Counted from the first letter of the stretch, positions 46,494 through 56,508 are shown. The stretch: 64,000 nt of DNA from Ignavibacteriales bacterium (GCA_026390595.1 JAPLFQ010000011.1:5340-69339); one strand, 5' to 3'. Numbers and translations are program-made. The notes: generated by a model not told the origin, from the letters alone.

Positions 46494-48278
46494 TTACTTC
46501 ATTCTTACAAGCACGATCCCCGATTTCCCATTTAACTCACAACGCAGGTCTGCCTTCCCTTCAATCACTCTTCCCGTCAATTCGTTGCGGTATTTCCATA
46601 CACCGTTGACTTTCAGGTTGGCGGTTTGCGCAGCGCCGCCATTGTTGATCACAACAATCACATCATTGTCGCCTGAGGATCTCCTAAATGCATAGATGTT
46701 CTTCGCATCATCCACTAGGAGCGGCGTGAAATCACCGCGTCGCAACGCCGCATTTTCATTGCGAATCCGAACAAGCGCTTTGTAGTACTTGAACAGATCG
46801 CCGTCAAACTTCATGGCATCATTCGTTCGGGTCCTGCCCGGAATCGGGTGTGATCGCTCGTTTTCGTACGCTAGGTCAGCCCACAGCATCGGCTTCCTGT
46901 CGTCTGGATCGTCAGCTCCCCACATTCCCGACTCATCGCCGTAGTAGATCATGGGGGCGCCAACATAGCTCATCTGGAAAAGAAGCATCAGTTTCTGTAT
47001 CTGCCTTGCCTCCCCGGTTGGTTTGCCCACATTGTAGTCCGGATTGTTTCGCAGCCCGTTCTGATCATCGTACTTGCGATTGGGATTCATGATCATAGAC
47101 CCCAGCCTGTCCGTGTCGTGACTGTCGATCAGGTTTTGCAGCACGTAGCTGATTTCGCCCGGATAATCTTGGCGAATGGCCGCCAACTCACGGTCGAACT
47201 CTGACGGTTTCAGATGCCGCCTGTCTGTGTCTATAAAGAACCGCACCACCGCACGCGCAAAAGGATAGTTCATCACCGCGTCGAACTCGTCCCCGCCGAG
47301 CCACTTCGACGCATCATCCCAAATCTCGCCGACGATGTACGCGTCCGGGTTGATCGCCTTCACCTGATTCCTCCACCCCTTCCAGAACAGATGTGAGACT
47401 TCGTTCCCAACATCCAGTCTCCATCCGTCAATGCCATCGGAAGGATCACCATCCCCGTTCGGGTCCATCCATCGCTTCGTGATATTGAAAAAGTAATTCC
47501 ACACCGGCTTCACGAAACCGCTGTCCCCTTCCCAGAACTCCGGAAGCTCCCTGACGTCCCACCATCCCTTGTATGTGAACTCATTCTGCGGCGTCGCTGG
47601 ATCGTCCCATGTCCGCACGTCGTACCACGATGCGTAGCGCGAACGTTGCTGGTTCTTCATGATATCCTGGAATGCGAAAAACCGTGTCCCGCTATGATTG
47701 AAGACACCATCGATGATCACCCTGATTCCTCTTCGGTGCGCTTCCTTGATCAGCGTGAGGAAGAGTGAATCGGCCGACGTCCATTTCCATGTCGCGGGAT
47801 CATCGGTCTCTGCTGTGATCGATTGTTGATCGCCGCGTGGATTCGGACCGAACGTGTGGTCAATGTGGTGGTAGGTCGACGCATCGTACTTGTGAAGGGA
47901 GATCGCATCGAATACCGGATTGAAATAGATCGCCGTGATTCCCAGGTCGCGAAGATAGTCGAGCTTGTCGACCACCCCCTGGATGTCACCTCCGTAGCGG
48001 CGCTCAAATACGTTTCCATAGAAACCGCCGTTGAATTTTTCTTCCCACGGCTGAAGTTTGTACCAATCACTCGTCCATGGCGATACCGCCCATCCCCGCT
48101 CCGCGGCCATTTCAAGCTCCGCTCTTGTCGGATCGTTGGCCGGGTCCCCGTTGCGGAATCTCTCAGGGAACATCTGATACCAGATCGCGTCCTTCGCCCA
48201 CTGGGGAACAATCACCTGCGCGAGGGAGGACGATGAAAGTGCGGCGATGGCTATGAGGAGACGAAAGAAATGGCGCAT
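46494..48278 (-). CDS. secreted GH13 alpha-amylase-family glycosidase (neopullulanase/cyclomaltodextrinase-like)
   Basis: GH13 regions DGVFNHSG, GWRLDVGNE, VGEIWD and LIDSHDTDR, plus a signal peptide. Confidence 0.9.
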   Translation of the reverse strand: MRHFFRLLIAIAALSSSSLAQVIVPQWAKDAIWYQMFPERFRNGDPANDPTRAELEMAAERGWAVSPWTSDWYKLQPWEEKFNGGFYGNVFERRYGGDIQGVVDKLDYLRDLGITAIYFNPVFDAISLHKYDASTYHHIDHTFGPNPRGDQQSITAETDDPATWKWTSADSLFLTLIKEAHRRGIRVIIDGVFNHSGTRFFAFQDIMKNQQRSRYASWYDVRTWDDPATPQNEFTYKGWWDVRELPEFWEGDSGFVKPVWNYFFNITKRWMDPNGDGDPSDGIDGWRLDVGNEVSHLFWKGWRNQVKAINPDAYIVGEIWDDASKWLGGDEFDAVMNYPFARAVVRFFIDTDRRHLKPSEFDRELAAIRQDYPGEISYVLQNLIDSHDTDRLGSMIMNPNRKYDDQNGLRNNPDYNVGKPTGEARQIQKLMLLFQMSYVGAPMIYYGDESGMWGADDPDDRKPMLWADLAYENERSHPIPGRTRTNDAMKFDGDLFKYYKALVRIRNENAALRRGDFTPLLVDDAKNIYAFRRSSGDNDVIVVINNGGAAQTANLKVNGVWKYRNELTGRVIEGKADLRCELNGKSGIVLVRMK

Positions 48279-48351
48279 AAGAAAATTGGAGTGATGGAGT
48301 AATGAAGTATTGGAGTATTGAGTAGTGGAGTGCAGGGAGCCAGGAGGCCAC

Positions 48352-49668
48352 CTACGAGTTTTCGGTTTCCTCTTCTGGAGGAGGCGGAAGCTTCTTCACC
48401 CGGATTCGGTCGATGACGCGGTCGGTGATCTGCTCGACGGTGAATTCGACCCCGTTGACGCGCACGCTCTCGCCGTTGACGGGAATGTGTCCGAGCTGCT
48501 CCAGCAGAAAGGCGCCGATGGAGAGAATGTCTTTCGGCGACAATTCGACGTTGATGAGCTGCTCGACCTCGTTGGTCGTCACACTCGCTTCCACCACGTA
48601 CTCTCCCTCGTTGAGCTTTATCACTTCGGGAGCTTCGCGGTCAAATTCGTCCTGGATCGGGCCGACGAGTTCTTCGAGCACATTTTCGAGCGTAATGAGT
48701 CCCGCCGTTCCGCCGTATTCATCGGCAAGAATGACCATGTGCGTTTTGCGCTGGAGCATCGTCTCGAGAGCTTTTTCGATACTCACTGTCTCGGGCAGGA
48801 ACGTTGCATCTCGCAAGACCGATTCGAGAGAAAAATCAGGATTGTGATCGCGGTCCTGTTTGAAGATGTCTTTAGTATAGACGATGGCCACAACGTTGTC
48901 GAGGGAGTCCTTGTATACCGGATACCGGGAATACTTGTGGGTGCGCATAACCTTCAGGTTTTCCTGCACAGGTGCGGCGAGCGAGAGCATCACCATTTCC
49001 GTCCTGGGTATCATCGAATGCCGTGCCTGCTTCCGGCGGAAATCCATCGCATTCAACACGATGTTCTTACTTGCAGCCGATCCCTGCTGCTCGCGTGCGA
49101 GGATGAGTCTCAGTTCTTCCTCCGAGTGCGCCAGTTCGGCGCTTCCGGAAACCTTCAGCCCTATCAGGCGAAGAATGCCGTTGGCGGAGATGTTCAGGAG
49201 CCAGATCACTGGCTTGAGCACTGCAGAGAAGACGTACAGAGGATAAGCAACCCAAAGCGTGGTGGCGGATGGTTTCTGAATTGCCAGCCACTTTGGGGCC
49301 TGCTCCCCAAGAATGATGTGAAGAGCCGTAATAATCGAAAACGCAACGGCAAACGAAATGCCGTGGATCAGGTTTGAATTCTCGATCCCAAGGCTCTGAA
49401 AGAGAGGAAGGAGCTTGCCCGCAACAAGCGGCTCGCCGACCCAGCCCAGCGCAAGGCTCGTCATTGTAATGCCGACCTGCGTTGCGGAGAGATAGAGATC
49501 GAGATGTTTGATGATTTCCCGCGCCACTTTTGCGCGCCGGTTCCCTTTCGCAGCGAGCGGCTCGATCTGCGTGAGCCGTACCTTAACGAGGGCAAATTCA
49601 GCCGCAACGAAATAACCGTTGAGGAAAACGATGAAAAGAACCAGGAGAGTGTCGAGGAAGTATTCCAC
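48352..49668 (-). CDS. CNNM/HlyC-CorC family membrane protein (DUF21-CBS pair-CorC_HlyC)
   Basis: N-terminal DUF21 TMs, a CBS pair and the C-terminal transporter-associated domain. Confidence 0.9.
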   Translation of the reverse strand: MEYFLDTLLVLFIVFLNGYFVAAEFALVKVRLTQIEPLAAKGNRRAKVAREIIKHLDLYLSATQVGITMTSLALGWVGEPLVAGKLLPLFQSLGIENSNLIHGISFAVAFSIITALHIILGEQAPKWLAIQKPSATTLWVAYPLYVFSAVLKPVIWLLNISANGILRLIGLKVSGSAELAHSEEELRLILAREQQGSAASKNIVLNAMDFRRKQARHSMIPRTEMVMLSLAAPVQENLKVMRTHKYSRYPVYKDSLDNVVAIVYTKDIFKQDRDHNPDFSLESVLRDATFLPETVSIEKALETMLQRKTHMVILADEYGGTAGLITLENVLEELVGPIQDEFDREAPEVIKLNEGEYVVEASVTTNEVEQLINVELSPKDILSIGAFLLEQLGHIPVNGESVRVNGVEFTVEQITDRVIDRIRVKKLPPPPEEETENS

Positions 49669-49709
49669 AGTGCCCAGGTGTAGTGAAGAGATGGGGAAGC
49701 AAGAAATTG

Positions 49710-49821
49710 GAATTCAGGAATCAGGAGACAGAATTCAGAAGGTGGGGGCCGGCAGACTCTAATCCCGCTTTTTCCCTCCGGATGCTGATTTCTCTATTCT
49801 AAATTCTGACTTCTCGATTTT
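49710..49821. repeat. heptamer-word palindrome: GAATTCA GGAATCA GGAGACA GAATTCA ... CTGATTT CTCTATT CTAAATT CTGACTT CTCGATT
   Basis: A purine-rich left arm and a complementary-type pyrimidine-rich right arm, each in strict 7-nt phase. Confidence 0.7.
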
Positions 49822-49954
49822 CCCGACACAATATACTTCGAATTTGAGCGGCGTTCAAGACGGGCAATACCGGGTGAAGGATGAGGAGAATAGAATCAAT
49901 TCAGGCGTGTGCTGAATCGTCCGGCCTAGGAGATTGCAGAAAAACGGATTTCTT

Positions 49955-50063
49955 TCACCACGAAGGCACAAAGACCAGAAAGATCTGGACTAAGAAACTC
50001 GATTTTGAGAGGATACGGACATTTCAAAAAGAATGATTTCGCGACTTGGTGTCTTTGTGGTGA
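49955..50063. repeat. long-range inverted repeat TCACCACGAAGGCACAAAGACCAG / CTTGGTGTCTTTGTGGTGA, T-runs on both sides
   Basis: Arms at 49955-49978 and 50045-50063. Lies just downstream of the 960-aa gene stop and may act as its terminator. Confidence 0.55.
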
Positions 50064-50088
50064 TCTTTTTTCGAATTTCAGCATCCTC

Positions 50089-52971
50089 CTAGTGGCGCAA
50101 TTGCTCCGAAATCCACGCGAGGTACGCTTCCATCTTGCCGAGGAAGTTCAAGTACGCGGTCGACCATTCGATCGGATTGGCAGGCTGGTTCTTGCCGAGA
50201 CACTCCTGGAACACCTTCGACACCGAGGTCGCGATACGATGCTTGCTCTCCTCGACGACTGCTTCCATTGCCGACGAGTAGTACGCGCGCAGATTGTTGA
50301 TGTCCCAACGCACGCGTGCTTCCGGCGTCTGCTTCGCGAAGAACGAAAGGTCGGTTTTTCCTGCGCCGGACATTTCGTAGACGAGCAGGTTCCATCGCTC
50401 CATCGTCTTCCGGAATTCGTCCTCGTTGCGGCAGCCGTCCAGGGGCAGGCGCGCGGCGGCAAGTTCAGTTCCGATCGAGTAACGGAAGAGGAGATCGCCG
50501 CCAAGGTACTGTGACAGGAGGTTTGCGTCTTTTCTCAATCCCAGCACACGATGTGCGGCAAGGTAGATTTCCTGGTCAAAATCCCTGCCGGTGAAAACTT
50601 GCTGTGGTTGAAGCTTGGCCATCATCTTCATCCGTACGTCCAACTCTACATCCTGTGCGCTCGCCGGCGAATCCGCCTGCTTCTTCTCAGCGGCTGCCCC
50701 CGGTCCTCCGGCAGCAGGGCTCAGGAGTTTTTCCCGGACATCCCAGCTCATGTCGTCAAACGTTTTTGCACTGGCGCTGAGCGGAGGCGCAGCGCTCGAT
50801 TGTGCCTGCAGCAGCATGAGAAACTTCGTGATCAGCCGGTCCCGATACACGGTTTTGAAATGACCCATATCGGCGACAACGTAGAGATCTTCTTCGACGC
50901 ACGAGAGGACTGAATTAAGGAAGCGCGCAAGACGGTGTTCCCCGATCTTCCGGTCGTCAAGATAGCGCATGGTGTAGTCAACGCCGGCCATGGAGAGATC
51001 GAAGATAATTACTTTCTTTCGCCGGCCGAAGTACGTCGCAGGCGTGCCCACCTCGACATTCCGGATGCCCTGAAGCCGCAGCTGGAGCTTTGTATAGAGC
51101 GTCGTCCCAGGGAAGGGTACGATAATCCCTACGTCGCTTGCGCGGCGCTGACCCCGCGCGAGCGCGTGTTTGACAACATCCATGGTCCGTTTCGTCTGCA
51201 CATCGTTGAACGGAATGAGGCTCTTCTTTCCAAGGTATTGCCGGCAGGTCGATTTTGCGTCGCTCGTGTCGAGAACCACGATCGCCCCCCCCGTCCCGGG
51301 ACGCTCCTGCACCTGAAGCTTGTTGTCGAAGAAGAATGCGGATACGAACCGAGAGAGCTTCAAGGCTGTGGCAACGTGCGCCATCAGCTGAAAGCACCAT
51401 GTCGGGTTCTTCTGGGTCCATTCGTGCAGCTGGTTCAACTGCTCTGTCTGCGCAATCTTGAGGAATATATCCTGCTGAATCCACTCTTCCGCCAGGTCAC
51501 TCTTGGAGAACGATTCCGGTCCAGGCTGAAACGGGTCCCCTGCAATCACCATCGCGGCGGTTGCCTTCGCTGACAGCGCAGCGAGGTATGCAGGTGCGAC
51601 GCGTTCTGCGTCGTCAACAAGGATCAGGTCAAAATTACGATCGCGGACGCGCTGGTCGGAGAAAAACCATGTCAGGCTCGCAGCGACACACCGCTTCGTC
51701 GAGACGAGCGCAGTCTCATCCACGGCGCTCAGGTTGTCAACTTCATCGGTTACGTTCTTGATCCCCCCCAATTCACCGAGGCGTCTGACTGCCACCTGGT
51801 ATTCCTTCAGCTCTCCCGATTCAATTGGTGCCTGGGACTCCACCCGCATCAGCTCCGTCGTAAGAGCCTGCTGGACAGGCTGGAGTTTCTTCATCAGCAT
51901 CAGTTTCTCAGTGAGCTGCTTTTGTGCCGCAGCTGCTTCTTCCTTGCTGAAACCCTTCTTGAATTTTTCCATCATCGACGCGTTTTGTGCGCGCGTGATT
52001 ATCTCTTTGAGGGCGGCGGTTTCATCCCGGAGTTTCTCGAGCTGTTTCCGCGATTCATTCGTTCGCTCGCGAAGTTCAGTGAGCCGCGTGTAATAATCAT
52101 CGTGGAGATACTGATGAATTTTCGTCTTCCAGTACGACCTCAGCAGCGCAACCCGTTCTTCCAGCTGCTTCTTCTTGTCGGTCCGCTTCGTCTCGACCTC
52201 GTTCTCGAATGAGACTGGAGCCAGGACAGCTGCCGAGGGATAGGCAGGGAGACCGACCCGGCTTGTCAACCCATTGAGGTCGATGCCTGCATCCCTGGCA
52301 AGTGCAAGCGTTTTCAGAAGAAGCTGATCCGTCTGCAGTGTGGTAGTTGCCGTGAGGAGCACGCTTTTTCCAGCTTTGAGATAACTCAGGGCGATCAGTG
52401 CCAGCGTACTGGTTTTGCCGGATCGAACCGGTCCCCAAAGATAGGAGACGCGGTTCTGCAGGATTTTTTTGGCAACCTCAGTTACTTCCGCAGGGACGTT
52501 GGGGACCTGAACAGGCTCGGGGGAAGCTGTGTGCGTGTTGCCGGAACCCTCGGGATGCAAAAGCACCGAAGAAACCGGATGTTCTGCGCGCACTGCGGCA
52601 AGCATATCAGCCACGAACGGGAGGTGATCGTCGTAGCTCCACTTACATTTGATCTCCGGAAGAAGGGGGCCAAAATCCATGGGGAGAGCGATGACGATGT
52701 ACTGGTTTTCAAAGCCGACAATCCTGCCGTCCATCGTCACGGGCTGCAACTGGTTGAAACTGCACGACACGCGATCGACAGGGCGGAGAGCAAGGTCTTC
52801 GGGCAGCTCAAACCGGTAGTAGAAGAATCCGGCCATCGAACCGACCTGTTCGCCGCCGAAGAGAATGATCTCGGTGCGTGCACTCTGCAGTTTTGCGCGT
52901 TCCTCCCGCAGCGCTTGAGCCGGCTGAGCGAAGAGGAAAGATTCTGTTGATCCGGTAGCTGGAGAACTCAT
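50089..52971 (-). CDS. Upf1/DNA2-like SF1 P-loop protein with a coiled-coil insert, degenerate RecA2 motifs and an unknown C-terminal domain
   Basis: GPVRSGKTS Walker A, LILVDDAE Walker B and IAGDPFQ motif III. Motifs IV-VI are eroded (LMAHV, GTPATYFGRRKK; no TRA-type Arg finger). Confidence 0.75.
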   Translation of the reverse strand: MSSPATGSTESFLFAQPAQALREERAKLQSARTEIILFGGEQVGSMAGFFYYRFELPEDLALRPVDRVSCSFNQLQPVTMDGRIVGFENQYIVIALPMDFGPLLPEIKCKWSYDDHLPFVADMLAAVRAEHPVSSVLLHPEGSGNTHTASPEPVQVPNVPAEVTEVAKKILQNRVSYLWGPVRSGKTSTLALIALSYLKAGKSVLLTATTTLQTDQLLLKTLALARDAGIDLNGLTSRVGLPAYPSAAVLAPVSFENEVETKRTDKKKQLEERVALLRSYWKTKIHQYLHDDYYTRLTELRERTNESRKQLEKLRDETAALKEIITRAQNASMMEKFKKGFSKEEAAAAQKQLTEKLMLMKKLQPVQQALTTELMRVESQAPIESGELKEYQVAVRRLGELGGIKNVTDEVDNLSAVDETALVSTKRCVAASLTWFFSDQRVRDRNFDLILVDDAERVAPAYLAALSAKATAAMVIAGDPFQPGPESFSKSDLAEEWIQQDIFLKIAQTEQLNQLHEWTQKNPTWCFQLMAHVATALKLSRFVSAFFFDNKLQVQERPGTGGAIVVLDTSDAKSTCRQYLGKKSLIPFNDVQTKRTMDVVKHALARGQRRASDVGIIVPFPGTTLYTKLQLRLQGIRNVEVGTPATYFGRRKKVIIFDLSMAGVDYTMRYLDDRKIGEHRLARFLNSVLSCVEEDLYVVADMGHFKTVYRDRLITKFLMLLQAQSSAAPPLSASAKTFDDMSWDVREKLLSPAAGGPGAAAEKKQADSPASAQDVELDVRMKMMAKLQPQQVFTGRDFDQEIYLAAHRVLGLRKDANLLSQYLGGDLLFRYSIGTELAAARLPLDGCRNEDEFRKTMERWNLLVYEMSGAGKTDLSFFAKQTPEARVRWDINNLRAYYSSAMEAVVEESKHRIATSVSKVFQECLGKNQPANPIEWSTAYLNFLGKMEAYLAWISEQLRH

Positions 52972-53225
52972 AACGTGAATGGTAGTTTTCTTCTCGTCAA
53001 GGAAGTCTGTGAACGGGGGCCTTAAGAACCCCGTCGCAATCTAGCACAGCCTGGATATTCTGTGTGTGGTGGAAAGCACATGGAAAGACGGCACACAGAG
53101 ACGGGCGCGCATGCAACCTCATCGCGCCCCGGTGGTTGTTGTACGAAGGAGGTGCGTCACGAGCTGGTGAGAAGAAGATGATTACGATGGTAGACTCTGT
53201 ACCGTCAGCACCATGGTTGTGACCA

Positions 53226-53402
53226 GCTCTACGGCTTGTCTGGCGGTTCCTCGAAAGCATCACCGAACAATTCATCGGCCACCGTCGATGAATCAAAGAA
53301 ACCATAAAACTCTGTTCCGGCGAGTTTCTTTCTTCTGAAGTACACTGCCAAGACAGAAATCGTCACCCCTGCGATCAATCCAAACACCACGTACTTTTTC
53401 AT
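53226..53402 (-). CDS. possible 58-aa single-TM protein (below the ORF-track cutoff)
   Basis: Hand translation gives MKKYVVFGLIAGVTISVLAVYFRRKKLAGTEFYGFFDSSTVADELFGDAFEEPPDKP, with a G-rich RBS-like stretch upstream. Confidence 0.3.
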
Positions 53403-53557
53403 GTTCCCCCAAATCCTTCATGTATTCTCATACCGACGACGGTTCTGACGCCGATAGGTAAGCATAATATAGTAGAAACTATCCTCTTTTTCCATTCCCG
53501 CTGTCCCGCGCACTCTGCGGAAGAAATCGAAGTGAATCCCGACGAAATTCATATCCT

Positions 53558-56107
53558 CTACCGTTCGATCCAGGACAGCCTCCCGGTGTCGAAATCCGGT
53601 CCGATGACCTGAAACGGATACGGCTTTGGCAAAGCGTTCAGCCAACTGTGGTCATCAAATCCGGCAAGCCGCCACCCCTCCGCCGGCTCTTGCGAGACCT
53701 TCCAACCGGAATCGCTCATGATTTTGGTTGCTGCGGAGCCGCTCCTCAACTCCCCATAGACGTTGACCCCGGCCGAGCCAAATGCATTGTAGTTGGCAAC
53801 CTCGACGGCAATGACATTGTCTCCCGGCTTCAGCAGCGAGGTAACATCCCACATTTTAATCCTTTGGTGTTCTACGATCAGCGAAAGCGATCGTCGCGCG
53901 AAGACCTCGCCCACTTCGACGCCGTTCACCCAGAGCCGCGCATGGGTATCACCGATCAGCTGAACCTTCGCATTGCTCACCGGCTGGTTGAGAGCGAAAA
54001 CTTTTCTGAACAGTGCCCGCGGGATCTGGGAAAGCGTCGAGTCGCGTCTGCCCGGATTTGCCTGCGGATGATAGATCCACTGACTTGCGATGAGCGGATC
54101 GGTCGTGACGCCCGATTGTTCCAGAGCGCGCATGGTTTCTCCCCAGTACTGCAACTGGCGATCGTACCGCTGCATCAGGAAATTCAGATTCGCGCTCCGG
54201 TTGGTCCGGAGCCAGAGCGACTTGAACTCTTCTTTCAACTCGCCCAGTTCCCGCACCACGCCCCCCGCGTTTGCCAACGCGGACTTCAGGACCGTTTGCC
54301 GCGGAACGCCGATTGCAGTATCCGCCGCCGCGCGTTGTAATTGTTCCGCCGCATCGAGTTTGTGCGCGTACCATTGTGCCAGCCGCGAGACAAACAAGAG
54401 AAGACGCACGTGCTCGGGATTGTTCCTGGCACTTCCCTTCAGTTCAGTCAGCATTCCCTGCACGAGGGGCATGGTCGTCAACAGACTTTGTTCACGCCAC
54501 ATCATCGGAATGCTTGTTTGGCGCAACGGCAGCATCGGATGCCGCCACAGCTCCTGCCAGTTGATCTGATTCAAGGCATTGGAGAGCCACGCGTACACCG
54601 ATTGCCCGAGAAGTGCCGAACGATCATCACCGAAACATTCTCTGAAAAACGTGGAATCGAACTTCGCCGCGTTCGCCTCCAGCGGGCGCCATGCACACTC
54701 GGCCGTCCATGCATATCCATAATAGTTAAGCTCACGCAGGGCTTCTCCGCCGTAGTCGTTCCAGTTCGATGTCAACAAACCGAGCGAGCCATTTCTGAAT
54801 CCGTCCCGGTTCAGGTTCTGAATGTTGATCATCGTGTTGATGTAGTTTGGAAACGGACCGGTGAAATTCCAAACGGCAGGGGAAACAACGAAGGGGAAGC
54901 CGGCGTTCTTGAAGACCACCGGACTCGGATACTCCTCCAATGCTCCGTAGTGCCAATCGACGATGACCACGTCCTTGGGGATCTTGTCGAGGATCGTCGG
55001 GTTGTTCAGGATGATGTCCCCGTACATCATCGGTTTCTTTTTGTGCTTGCGGATGATTTCGAACAATCTCTTGTAGTGCTCCGCGTGGACGGTGGCGAGG
55101 TCGCTTGCTGCAACTCTGGCCTTGTTCGCGCCGAGTCCGACATCCCACGATTCATCAGCGGCCATGTTGAAATACGGCGAACTGAAGGCTGCGCTTAACT
55201 CGCCAATCATTTCGTCCAGTATCGTGTAGACCGCCTCGTCGGAAACGTTCACGGTGTGCGCTCCGGGGAACTCCGCGTATTTTCTGTACTCGGGAAGAGC
55301 CAGGATGTTCTCCCAGTGTCCCAGCGTCTCGAAGATCGGTATCAGTTCAACGTGGTACTGTTTCGCATAGGCATCGAGTTCCTTGACCTCCGCTGCCGTC
55401 AACTCCCCCCGCCCTTTGCCAATCGCAGGGTGGTTCTTGAAAACAAAAATGTCCTCGATGTACGGCGAGTACACGTTCAGTTTGTGGCGCGCCAGAAAGC
55501 GGATGATGGTCTTGAAGTTTTCCATCGTGGAGATTTGGCCGCGGCTCAGATCGTCGGTGATGCCGCGTATCTTCTGCCGGGGCCAGTCGCGAATCGCAAC
55601 GCCCGGCGCCACGATACTCTTCTTCTGCTGTTCAAGAAGCTGGAGGAGTGTCATCATTCCGTAGAACCTGCCGCGGGGCGATTCCGCAACGATGACGATC
55701 TCCTGCCCGTTCGACTCGAGCACATATCCTTCATCCCTGAGTTCTGCACCGAGAGTCAGCGCCCTGGCCTTGAGCCACTGTTTCGCGTACGAAGCTTTCG
55801 GCGATCCGATGTAGATGATGTTCTTTGAGAGCTTCCGTACCGCTTCTTCGTCGGCGATGCGCAATGGAGTCCTTCGCTGCTCCCCGAGCCAGAGATTGAG
55901 CTGCTGCGCTGTGAAACGGTCTTCCGCGGTCGACCGTTCACCGAGAATGACGCGCGTCTGCGATGTGAATTTGAACGGTTCCCCCCTCGTTACACATTGC
56001 TGCGGAGAGGGAATAATTCGCGGCGCGCGATCCTGCGAAGAAACAGGCTGGCCTGCCGCCGAGAGCAATGCGGATGTCATGAGAAGAACAAGAAGTAGCT
56101 TTTTCAT
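53558..56107 (-). CDS. secreted GH20 beta-N-acetylhexosaminidase with a large C-terminal accessory region
   Basis: Start taken at ATG 56107 (MKKLLLVLLMTSALLSA). GH20b N-domain, the TIM barrel with ETLGHWE and the NMAADES acid pair. Confidence 0.85.
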   Translation of the reverse strand: MKKLLLVLLMTSALLSAAGQPVSSQDRAPRIIPSPQQCVTRGEPFKFTSQTRVILGERSTAEDRFTAQQLNLWLGEQRRTPLRIADEEAVRKLSKNIIYIGSPKASYAKQWLKARALTLGAELRDEGYVLESNGQEIVIVAESPRGRFYGMMTLLQLLEQQKKSIVAPGVAIRDWPRQKIRGITDDLSRGQISTMENFKTIIRFLARHKLNVYSPYIEDIFVFKNHPAIGKGRGELTAAEVKELDAYAKQYHVELIPIFETLGHWENILALPEYRKYAEFPGAHTVNVSDEAVYTILDEMIGELSAAFSSPYFNMAADESWDVGLGANKARVAASDLATVHAEHYKRLFEIIRKHKKKPMMYGDIILNNPTILDKIPKDVVIVDWHYGALEEYPSPVVFKNAGFPFVVSPAVWNFTGPFPNYINTMINIQNLNRDGFRNGSLGLLTSNWNDYGGEALRELNYYGYAWTAECAWRPLEANAAKFDSTFFRECFGDDRSALLGQSVYAWLSNALNQINWQELWRHPMLPLRQTSIPMMWREQSLLTTMPLVQGMLTELKGSARNNPEHVRLLLFVSRLAQWYAHKLDAAEQLQRAAADTAIGVPRQTVLKSALANAGGVVRELGELKEEFKSLWLRTNRSANLNFLMQRYDRQLQYWGETMRALEQSGVTTDPLIASQWIYHPQANPGRRDSTLSQIPRALFRKVFALNQPVSNAKVQLIGDTHARLWVNGVEVGEVFARRSLSLIVEHQRIKMWDVTSLLKPGDNVIAVEVANYNAFGSAGVNVYGELRSGSAATKIMSDSGWKVSQEPAEGWRLAGFDDHSWLNALPKPYPFQVIGPDFDTGRLSWIER

Positions 56108-56301
56108 ATGGTCACAGTGCAAGTATGAAGAGAGGTGTTCACCACAAGGACTTCGCGAATGCAACTACATCGGGCAAGGACCAAAGTCTGACATCGAGGT
56201 CGTGTGCGGATGCGACGGAAGGCGAGAATGGGATGCCGGGCGGAGTTCTTTCCCCTCGCCCGGCCTGTACGACATTCCAAACTACGATGCAGCCAGGATC
56301 A

Positions 56302-56508
56302 TCAGGACTGGGGATTATCCCCTTCTCCTCCGACCATTTTCTGTTTGACTTCCTGTACTTCGTTCCGGACTTCCTGAGCTTTTCGTTTCAAGGATGCCAT
56401 GTGTTTCCGCACACGTGTGCCGGCCGATTTGTTTCCCTTCACATAGAATTTCTCAAAGTCCTTTTGAAACGTTTGGATCAGATCAAGAAGTTCTTGATAA
56501 CGGTTCAT
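56302..56508 (-). CDS. histone H1-like (Hc1-type) nucleoid protein
   Basis: 68 aa, Lys/Arg-rich, with FYVKGNKSAGTRVRKHM...LKRKAQEVR typical of FCB-group H1-like proteins. Confidence 0.75.
   Translation of the reverse strand: MNRYQELLDLIQTFQKDFEKFYVKGNKSAGTRVRKHMASLKRKAQEVRNEVQEVKQKMVGGEGDNPQS

Noticed and set aside
49669-50088. An ncRNA or tRNA gene in the 420-bp gene-free spacer (and in 52972-53225)
   Set aside because: No tRNA cloverleaf signatures (for example GTTCRANYC T-loop context) and no recognisable riboswitch or RNase P/tmRNA/SRP motifs were seen. The sequence is explained by the heptamer-word palindromes. A small regulatory RNA cannot be excluded without expression data.
52997-53645. 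ORFs 52997..53305 (102 aa) and 53418..53645 (75 aa) as genes
   Set aside because: Their translations are Arg/His/Cys-rich with no structure-like pattern. The second overlaps the 3' end of the GH20 gene. A hand-found 58-aa TM ORF (53226-53402) in another frame is a somewhat better, still weak, candidate.
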